DNA of 32,000 bases from Mycoplasmoides genitalium G37. Lineage in GTDB: Bacteria; Bacillota_I; Bacilli_A; Mycoplasmatales; Mycoplasmoidaceae. This document shows positions 10,607-23,037 of the stretch, in pieces. Within the stretch, counting starts at the first letter, position 1; each line of letters begins with the position of its first letter. Under the pieces are notes generated by a model. It was not told the origin of the DNA, did not search any database, and saw nothing but the letters and a program-made list of their open reading frames with translations. A program made the translations under genes and the position numbers. The stretch spans positions 210,001-242,000 of the forward strand of contig NC_000908.2 in NCBI RefSeq assembly GCF_000027325.1, read 5' to 3'.

Positions 10607-11563
10607 ATGAAAAAAGGATCAATAACTGAAGCAATTAATGCCATTAAACAATTTGATAAGATTGTTATCTTTCACCATGTGCGCCCTGATGGGGATTGTT
10701 TAGGAGCACAACAAGGCTTGTTTCACCTCATTAAAGCTAACTTTAAAAATAAGGAGGTGAAGTGTGTTGGTAATAACAACAACCTGTTTAGCTTTATCAA
10801 CATGACATTTACCAACCAAATTGATGAGAGCTTTTTAAAAGAAGCACTTGCCATTGTGGTCGATGCTAATTACAAAAACAGGATTGAATTGAGAGAACTG
10901 TTAGATAAAAACCTGTTTAAAGCAGTGTTAAGGATTGATCACCATCCCAATGAAGATGATCTAAACACTAGCTTTAACTTTGTTGAAGAAAGCTATGTAG
11001 CTTGTTGTGAGCAGATAGTGGAGATGGCCACAGTGGCGAAGTGGACCATACCACCAGTGGCTGCTACTTTACTATATATAGGTATCTATACGGATAGTAA
11101 TAGATTTCTATATAGTAATACATCATATAGAACACTATACTTAGCAGCAATACTATATAAAGCTAAAGCTGATATAAGGATAGTACATGATCATTTAAAC
11201 CATACTAGTTTAGCAGATCTTAAGTTTAAAAAGTATGTTTATAACCACTTTAAAACCCAAGGACAAGTGATCTATTTTATCTGTACTAAAAAGATCCAAA
11301 AGAGACTAAGAATGACTGCAGATCAATGTGCTAGAGTTAACTTGTTAAGTAACATAGCAGATTACAAGATCTGACTTTTCTTTATTGAACAAGCTAATAA
11401 TGAGATCAGGATAGAACTGAGGAGTAATGGGATTAATGTCAGAGATATAGCCATTAAGTATGGTGGGGGAGGACATAATAATGCAAGTGGAGCGATCATT
11501 ACTAACAAAAAACAAATTAGTGATGTTGTTAGTGATTGTGTGAAAAAAATTGTTTATAATTAA
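10607..11563 (+). CDS. mgpA: MgpA: DHH/DHHA1 family phosphodiesterase (NrnA/nanoRNase-like)
   Basis: VIFHHVRPDGDCLGAQQG, VDANYKNR, RIDHHPNED (DHH) and C-terminal KYGGGGHNNASG (DHHA1); TGA at 11372 is Trp; stop TAA 11561-11563. Confidence 0.9.
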
Positions 11564-11569
11564 GTTTGT

Positions 11570-14500
11570 ATGCACCAACCAAAGAAAAGACTGGCTAAGA
11601 AGTCTTGAGCCTTTCTAACCGCTGCACTTACCCTTGGGGTTATAACAGGTGTAGGTGGTTATTTTCTCTTTAACCAAAATAAGCAACGTAGTAGCGTGAG
11701 CAACTTTGCTTACCAACCCAAGCAGTTAAGTGTTAAACACCAACAAGCAGTTGATGAAACCTTAACCCCTTGGACTTGAAACAATAACAACTTCTCTTCA
11801 CTAAAGATTACTGGAGAGAACCCAGGATCATTTGGATTAGTAAGAAGCCAAAATGACAACTTAAATATTTCAAGTGTTACAAAGAATTCTAGTGATGATA
11901 ATCTCAAGTATCTCAATGCTGTTGAGAAATACCTTGATGGTCAGCAAAACTTTGCAATCAGAAGGTATGATAACAACGGTAGAGCTTTATATGATATTAA
12001 CTTAGCAAAAATGGAAAACCCCTCAACGGTGCAAAGGGGTTTAAATGGCGAGCCTATCTTTGATCCTTTTAAAGGCTTTGGTTTAACTGGTAATGCCCCT
12101 ACTGATTGGAATGAGATCAAAGGTAAAGTTCCAGTAGAAGTAGTTCAATCCCCCCATTCCCCCAACCTCTATTTTGTGTTACTAGTGCCTAAGGTGGCAT
12201 TAGAGTATCACAACCTGAATAACCAAGTAGTCAAAGAGAGTTTGGAAGTGAAAGCAACCCAATCATCCTTCAACCCCACCCAAAGGTTGCAAAAAGATAG
12301 TCCAGTGAAGGATTCAAGTAAACAAGGGGAGAAACTCAGTGAAACAACTGCTTCATCCATGAGTAGTGGTATGGCTACATCCACTCGAGCCAAGGCCCTC
12401 AAAGTGGAGGTGGAAAGGGGGAGTCAAAGTGATTCACTTTTAAAAAACGACTTTGCTAAAAAGCCACTAAAGCATAAGAACAGTAGTGGGGAGGTGAAGT
12501 TAGAGGCAGAGAAGGAGTTTACTGAGGCCTGAAAACCATTGTTGACTACTGATCAAATAGCAAGAGAGAAGGGGATGGGGGCGACGGTGGTTAGTTTCTA
12601 TGATGCACCCTACAGTGAAAACCATACTGCCTTTGGACTTGTTGATCACATCGATCCTAAAAAGATGGTTGAAAACTACCCACCAAGTTGAAAGACCCCG
12701 AAGTGAAACCACCATGGGATCTGGGATTACAACGCAAGAAACCTCTTGTTACAAACAACAGGGTTCTTTAACCCAAGAAGACACCCGGAGTGGTTTGATG
12801 AAGGACAAGCTAAGGCAGATAACACTAGCCCTGGCTTTAAGGTAGGGGATACTGATCACAAAAAAGACGGGTTTAAAAAAAACTCTTCTTCTCCAATAGC
12901 TTTACCATTTGAAGCATACTTTGCTAACATTGGTAACATGGTTGCTATTGGTAACTCGGTATTTATCTTTGGTGGTAATGGTCATGCTACTAAGATGTTT
13001 ACCACCAATCCCTTAAGTATTGGGGTATTTAGGATTAAATACACTGATAACTTTAGTAAGTCATCAGTAACAGGTTGACCATATGCAGTGTTATTTGGGG
13101 GATTAATTAATCCCCAAACCAATGGCTTGAAAGATCTTCCCCTTGGTACCAACAGGTGGTTTGAATATGTACCAAGAATGGCAGTTAGTGGGGTGAAATG
13201 GGTTGGTAATCAACTAGTGTTAGCAGGAACACTAACAATGGGTGATACAGCTACTGTACCTAGGTTAAAGTATGATCAACTAGAAAAACACTTAAACCTA
13301 GTTGCTCAAGGCCAGGGACTATTGAGAGAAGACTTGCAGATCTTCACTCCCTATGGGTGAGCTAATCGTCCTGATATTCCTGTAGGAGCATGACTCCAAG
13401 ATGAAATGGGCAGTAAATTTGGTCCCCATTACTTCTTAAATAACCCTGATATCCAGGACAATGTTAATAATGATACGGTTGAAGCATTAATCAGTAGTTA
13501 CAAAAACACTGATAAGTTAAAACACGTTTATCCTTATCGATACAGTGGTTTGTATGCTTGACAGTTATTTAACTGGTCTAACAAACTAACCAACACTCCC
13601 CTATCAGCTAACTTTGTTAATGAAAACAGTTATGCACCAAACAGTTTGTTTGCTGCTATCTTAAATGAAGATCTGTTAACAGGGCTAAGTGATAAGATTT
13701 TCTATGGTAAGGAGAATGAGTTTGCTGAAAATGAAGCAGATAGGTTTAACCAACTTTTAAGTTTAAATCCTAATCCTAACACTAACTGAGCTAGGTATTT
13801 AAACGTAGTACAACGTTTTACTACCGGACCTAACCTTGATAGTTCTACCTTCGATCAGTTCTTAGACTTTCTCCCCTGAATCGGCAATGGTAAACCCTTT
13901 TCCAACTCCCCCTCCCCTTCAACTTCCGCTTCCTCTTCTACCCCCCTCCCCACTTTTTCTAACATCAATGTTGGGGTTAAATCAATGATCACTCAACATT
14001 TAAATAAAGAAAACACCCGGTGGGTGTTTATACCTAACTTTTCACCTGACATCTGAACAGGAGCAGGGTATCGCGTTCAAAGTGCTAATCAGAAAAACGG
14101 CATTCCTTTTGAACAGGTGAAACCTAGCAATAATAGTACCCCCTTTGATCCCAATTCAGATGATAATAAAGTCACACCATCAGGTGGCTCCTCCAAACCA
14201 ACCACCTATCCTGCTTTACCCAACAGTATCAGTCCCACCAGTGACTGGATCAATGCATTGACTTTCACTAATAAGAATAACCCGCAGCGCAATCAACTGT
14301 TGCTCAGAAGCTTACTAGGAACTATTCCGGTCTTGATCAATAAGAGTGGGGATAGTAATGATCAATTTAACAAGGATAGTGAGCAGAAATGGGATAAAAC
14401 TGAGACAAATGAGGGTAATTTACCTGGGTTTGGGGAGGTGAATGGGTTGTATAATGCCGCATTACTCCATACCTATGGTTTTTTTGGCACCAATACCAAC

Positions 14501-15904
14501 TCTACTGATCCTAAGATAGGTTTTAAAGCTGATAGTAGTAGTAGTAGTAGTAGTACACTAGTAGGTAGTGGGTTAAACTGAACTAGTCAGGATGTAGGTA
14601 ATCTTGTTGTAATCAATGACACCAGCTTTGGGTTTCAACTTGGTGGTTGGTTTATTACCTTCACTGACTTTATCAGACCAAGAACTGGTTATCTAGGGAT
14701 TACCTTAAGTAGCTTACAAGATCAAACCATTATCTGAGCAGATCAGCCTTGAACTAGTTTCAAAGGCAGTTATCTAGACAGTGATGGTACCCCTAAATCA
14801 CTGTGAGATCCAACTGCTTTAAAATCCCTTCCAAATAGTTCAACTACCTATGATACCAATCCTACCCTCTCACCCTCCTTCCAACTCTACCAACCCAACA
14901 AGGTGAAGGCTTACCAAACCACTAACACCTACAACAAGTTAATTGAACCAGTTGATGCAACAAGTGCAGCAACTAACATGACCAGTTTGTTAAAACTCCT
15001 AACAACTAAAAACATCAAAGCGAAATTGGGGAAGGGAACAGCTTCTTCGCAGGGAAATAATAATGGAGGGGGTGTTAGTCAAACGATTAACACCATCACC
15101 ACTACGGGAAATATTAGTGAAGGTCTAAAAGAAGAAACTAGTATTCAAGCAGAAACACTTAAAAAGTTCTTTGATAGTAAACAAAACAATAAGAGTGAAA
15201 TAGGGATAGGTGATAGTACATTTACCAAGATGGATGGTAAACTAACTGGCGTAGTATCTACTCCCCTTGTTAACCTTATCAATGGCCAGGGAGCAACTAG
15301 TGATAGTGATACTGAAAAAATTAGCTTTAAACCTGGTAACCAGATTGACTTTAATAGGTTATTCACCTTACCAGTAACTGAACTATTTGATCCTAACACG
15401 ATGTTTGTCTATGACCAGTATGTACCACTATTGGTTAACTTACCTAGTGGCTTTGATCAAGCTTCAATCCGCTTAAAGGTAATTAGTTACTCAGTAGAAA
15501 ACCAAACCTTAGGAGTTAGATTAGAGTTCAAAGATCCTCAAACCCAACAGTTTATCCCGGTACTAAATGCATCAAGTACAGGTCCCCAAACTGTCTTTCA
15601 ACCCTTTAACCAGTGGGCAGACTATGTCTTACCTTTGATTGTAACTGTTCCTATAGTAGTGATTATCCTTAGTGTTACTTTGGGATTAACGATTGGAATT
15701 CCAATGCACAGAAACAAAAAGGCATTACAAGCAGGGTTTGATCTTTCTAACAAAAAGGTTGATGTCTTGACCAAAGCAGTTGGTAGTGTCTTTAAAGAGA
15801 TCATTAACAGAACAGGGATCTCTAACGCTCCTAAGAAGTTAAAACAAGCTACCCCAACCAAACCAACTCCTAAAACCCCACCAAAACCTCCAGTAAAACA
15901 ATAA
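11570..15904 (+). CDS. mgpB: MgpB / MgPa / P140 major adhesin of the terminal organelle
   Basis: ATG 11570; 1444 codons plus stop in code 4; ORFs 12011, 12746, 13088, 14117 and 14903 share this frame. Starts [42 protein letters not shown]; C-terminal transmembrane segment and Pro-rich tail [16 protein letters not shown]. Confidence 0.97.
14534..14554 (+). repeat. Trinucleotide (AGT)7 tandem repeat coding poly-Ser in mgpB
   Basis: gat(agt)7aca read directly. Confidence 0.95.
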
Positions 15905-15905
15905 G

Positions 15906-19067
<3,162 letters not shown>

Positions 19068-19088
19068 TTTTTAACCTTTCAATAACCT

Positions 19089-19130
19089 AAAACACAATCT
19101 TTAAAACAAGGTTGTGTTTTTTTGTTTTTT
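19089..19130 (+). terminator. Intrinsic terminator downstream of mgpC
   Basis: Perfect AAAACACAA (19089-19097) / TTGTGTTTT (19112-19120), extendable by a T-G and a C-G pair inward, followed by TTTGTTTTTT. Confidence 0.75.
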
Positions 19131-19167
19131 GTCACTTTTCACTAAACTTGCAATTTAGAGAGTGGAT

Positions 19168-19335
19168 ATGAAAAGAACAGTTAAAAAAATAAAACCTGAC
19201 CACTTGTTTAATAAAAAGCAGTGGCACTTACTGAGTGAAGAGATCAGTGATAACCCAATGATTAAGCGTTATTGACTCAAACAACAAAAGCGTCAGCTTG
19301 CCAAACTAAAAAAACGCCGTTATTTTAAAAATTAA
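19168..19335 (+). CDS. Small basic hypothetical protein (55 aa in code 4)
   Basis: MKRTVKKIKPDHLFNKKQWHLLSEEISDNPMIKRYWLKQQKRQLAKLKKRRYFKN; preceded by a purine-rich AGAGAGTGG. Confidence 0.45.
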
Positions 19336-19337
19336 CT

Positions 19338-19439
19338 ATGTATTCTACTTTAAGACAATATAAACCATTGAAAAGAAAGAAATGGTTAAACAAGATCTCA
19401 AAACGGAAGTTAAAACAACTTTATAACAAAGCTTATTAG
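19338..19439 (+). CDS. Tiny, very basic ORF (33 aa)
   Basis: ATG 2 nt after the previous stop: MYSTLRQYKPLKRKKWLNKISKRKLKQLYNKAY. Confidence 0.3.
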   Translation: MYSTLRQYKPLKRKKWLNKISKRKLKQLYNKAY

Positions 19440-19455
19440 TTTTGTTTTTTATTTT

Positions 19456-21616
19456 TACTAGTGCCTAAGGTGGTATTAGAGTACCACAAGCTCAGTAAGG
19501 ATGTAGTCAAAGAGAGTTTGGAAGTGGAAGCAACTGATTCTTTTGATCCCACCCAAAGGTTGCAAAAAGATAGTCCAATGAAGGATTCAAGTAAACAAGG
19601 GGAGAAACTCAGTGAAACAACTGCTTCATCCATGAGTGGTATGGCTACATCTCCTCGCAAGGCCCTTAAGATAGAGGTGGAGAAAGGTTCTTCAGGGTCT
19701 GACACCCTCACCAAATCCGACTTTGCTAAAAAGCCACTGAAACATAAAGAAAATAGTGGGACAGAGGTGAAGTTGGATGCACAGAAGGATTTTGCCGGAG
19801 AGAAGGCCTGAAAGCCATTGTTGACTACTGATCAAATAGCAAGAGAGAAGGGGATGGGGGCGACTTAGACTTTCTCCCCTGAATCGGCAACAACAAACCC
19901 TTCTCCAACTCCCACACTGCTTCCCTTTCTGTTAGTTCAAATACCCCCCTCCCCACTTTTTCTAACATCAATGTTGGGGTTAAATCAATGATCACTCAAC
20001 ACTTAAACAAAGAGAACACCCGGTGGGTGTTTACCCCTAACTCTTCACCTGACATCTGAACTGGGGCTGGGTATCGCAAACAAGGTAACAATAATGGCAT
20101 CCCTTTTGATAATGTGAAACCTAGCAATAGTAGTACCCCCTTTAATCCCAATTCAGATGATAATAAAGTCACTTCAGGTGGCTCCTCCAAACCAACCACC
20201 TACACCCATTTACCCAACAGTATCAGTCCCACCAGTGACTGAAGCAATGCATTGACTTTCACTAATAAGAATAACCCGCAACGAAATCAACTGTTGCTCA
20301 GAAGCTTACTAGGAACTATCCCGGTATTGATCAATAAGAGTGGAACGGGAGATCAATTTAACAAGGATAGTGAGCAAAAATGAAACGAAACAGATAAATT
20401 AGGAGGCAACCTCCCGGGGCTTGGGGAGGTGAATGGCGGTTTTTATCAACTAAATAAAAACTTATTAGCTTATTTTTATTAGGTTTTTACTTATTTAATA
20501 GTTAAAAAAGTTTTGAATTTTTCTTAGTTTTTTATTTGTTTAATAGTTAAAAAACACTAGGCTTTACCTTTATTTAATTAATAAAACCTTTACCCCTATT
20601 ACCAAACCATCCATAACACCAACTTGTTTGTGTTGTTCAAGTCCAAGGATGTGAAGCTTACATATAGTTCAAGTGGCAGTAACAACATTAGTTTTGATTC
20701 AACTAACAACAAACCCTCCTATGTGGTCGAATTTACTAATTCCACCAATGTTGGCATCAAGTGAACGATGGTGAAAAAGTATCAGTTAGATGTACCGAAT
20801 GTTTCTAGCAACATGAACGATGTACTGAAAAATTTAATTCTTGAACAACCCCTTACCAAGTATACGCTTAATAGTAGTTTGGCTAAAGAGAAGGGTAAGA
20901 CACAAGTAGCGGTACATCTGGGTAGTGGGCAAGCAACTAATTGACGATCGATGCGCAACTCCATCAGTCTAAACAACAATCCCAGCCCCAATGCTTCAAC
21001 TGGGTTTAAATTAGACAAAGGCAATGCATATAGAAAACTAAGTGAATCCTGACCAATTTACCAACCAATTGATGGGACCAAGCAGGGCAAAGGGAAGGAT
21101 CAAGCGAATTGGAGTTCAACAGAAGAATCAACGGCAGCTAGTGATGCGCCCCTAAGTACAGGAGGGGGATCATCTTCTGGAACATTTAATAAATACCTCA
21201 ACACCAAGCAAGCGTTGGAAAGCATCGGTATCTTGTTTGATGGGGATGGAATGAGGAATGTGGTTAGCCTCCTTCCTCTACTTTCAACCCAACAAGGTGA
21301 AAAGTGGTCAATACCAAACCACCAACACCTACAACAGGTTAATTGAACCTGACAAGTGACAATCAAATAGTGATTTGACTAACATGACCAGCTTGTTAAA
21401 ACTCCTAACAACTAAAAACATCAAAGCGAAATTGGGGAAGGGAACAGCAATGCAGGGAAGCAAGACACCTTTTCCTTCGTTGTTCCTTATTCAGATAGTC
21501 ATAGTAATCAAACTTCATCAGGAACCATTAAAACGGCTTATCCTGTGAAAAGTGATCAAAAATCATCAGTAGCGATCAATTCCTTGATCAACGCTACGCC
21601 GTTGAATAGTTATGGG
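19456..21616 (+). repeat. Second MgPa repeat (MgPar) donor cassette, mosaic of mgpB and mgpC variable regions
   Basis: 19456-19865 ~ mgpB region B; 19862-20435 ~ mgpB EF; AT-rich spacer 20460-20600; 20601-21265 ~ mgpC KL; 21266-21455 ~ mgpB G; 21456-21616 ~ mgpC M. Same block order and same right boundary (TTGAATAGTTATGGG) as the first cassette. Confidence 0.92.
20498..20550 (+). repeat. AT-rich ~50-bp spacer repeat, copy 3 (second MgPar)
   Basis: atagttaaaaaagttttgaatttttcttagttttttatttgtttaatagttaa. Confidence 0.8.
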
Positions 21617-21626
21617 ACAATAAAAA

Positions 21627-21655
21627 AACTACCTGTCAACAAAAAACAGGTAGTT
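21627..21655 (+). terminator. Strong hairpin at the right edge of the second MgPar; possible terminator or boundary structure
   Basis: AACTACCTGT (21627-21636), 9-nt loop, ACAGGTAGTT (21646-21655), perfect 10 bp; followed by AT-rich AATTATTTA rather than a clean T-run. Confidence 0.5.
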
Positions 21656-21900
21656 AATTATTTATCCAATTAGTAAGTTGCCTATGGGTTAACAAAGAGA
21701 TGCACTTAATATACGACCAACCTAATTTATTTGAAAGCGTATCTTTTATTAATGAATGTGGAACTAAGCAACTATTATTTAAACACAGCAAAAGCGTGTA
21801 ATTTTTTATTAAAAGCGATTTAGTGGGAACAGAAATAAAAGATTAACATGACTTTATACAACTTCTGTTCCCATCTACTAAATTGCACAAAAAAAGCTTT

Positions 21901-21929
21901 TTGACAAAAAAATAGTTATTTTTTGTAAT
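21901..21929 (+). promoter_or_regulatory. Candidate sigma-70-type promoter for pheST
   Basis: TTGACA (21901-21906), 17-nt spacer, TGTAAT (21924-21929), about 80 nt upstream of the pheS ATG. Confidence 0.5.
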
Positions 21930-22008
21930 TGCTTAATTTAATAACAAACTAAACTATTATTGTTACTTAATGATTTTTTGATCTATATAGCACAATTAAT
22001 ATAACTTC

Positions 22009-23034
22009 ATGATTGATCAAAACAAGTTAATTACTAAGTGAAAAAAAGCATTTGCAAAAGCTAAGAATTTAACTACTTTAGTTAATCTTAAGAACACTTT
22101 ACACAACAGTGATTTAAAGCCATTACTCCAAAAGATTAAAACCGCTACAAAACTAAGTGAAAAAAGTAGTTTAGGTAAGCTTTATCAATCACTTGATATT
22201 CAACTAACTGATCTGTTAACTAGTTACAAAAAAACCTTTGAAATAAATAACCAAGTTAGTCAAAAACCTTCACTTGATGTGATGCTACCAGCAACAGAGT
22301 TTACCAATGGTTCTAATAACGCACTATATCAGGTTATTGATAATTTAGTTGAATACTTTAAAAGCTTTTTATTCACAATTAATTTTGATAGTGAACTGAC
22401 CAGTATTAGTGACTGTTTTGATCTTTTAAATATCCCTAAAGATCATTCCAGTAGGAATGAATCTGATTCTTTTTATATCGATAAAACCAGTTTATTGAGA
22501 ACCCATTGTACTGCTACCACGCTAAAAGCAGTCAGAACTTCTAAAAAAACTAATAATCCTGATATCAGGGTTGTCTCTTTAGGAGCGGTTTTTCGTAATG
22601 ATAGTGATGATGCCACCCACTCCCATCAGTTTACCCAACTTGATTTTATGTGGATTAAAAAAGGGCTTTCATTAGCTAATTTAAAGTGGTTTATTAACAA
22701 TATGATCACCCATTTCTTTGGGGAAAATACTTTTACTAGGTTTAGACTATCCCACTTCCCATTCACTGAACCCTCGTTTGAAATTGACATTAGGTGTTGG
22801 TTATGTCAAAATGGTTGTTCTATTTGTAAGCAAACCAAGTGAATTGAGATCTTAGGGGCGGGGATCATCCATCCCCAGGTGATGAATAACATGGGAATTG
22901 GGGATACTGAAAATATTACTGGGATAGCAGCAGGAATTGGGATTGAACGCTTAGCAATGTTAAAGTATGGGATTGATGATATCCGTGATTTTTATGATAA
23001 CAACTTTAAGTTTTTAACCCAGTTTACTGACTAA
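22009..23034 (+). CDS. pheS: Phenylalanyl-tRNA synthetase alpha subunit
   Basis: ATG 22009; 341 aa; class II motifs [41 protein letters not shown]; ORF 22279-22842 is in frame, TGA=Trp. Confidence 0.95.
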
Positions 23035-23037
23035 AAT

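Noticed and set aside
12208-12402. Minus-strand ORFs at 12208-12402, 3608-3820 and 19436-19714 with a shared sequence ([30 protein letters not shown]..)
   Set aside because: They are the antisense of conserved mgpB region B; similarity between them follows from the repeat itself, so they are not evidence of a minus-strand gene family.
20782-21366. Minus-strand ORFs in the second MgPar as possible genes
   Set aside because: They are antisense to mgpC/mgpB-derived donor sequence with no initiation signals or known domain.
21660-22008. T-box riboswitch upstream of pheS
   Set aside because: No AGGGTGGNACCGCG core and no matching specifier/antiterminator architecture; the hairpins lie upstream of the candidate promoter.
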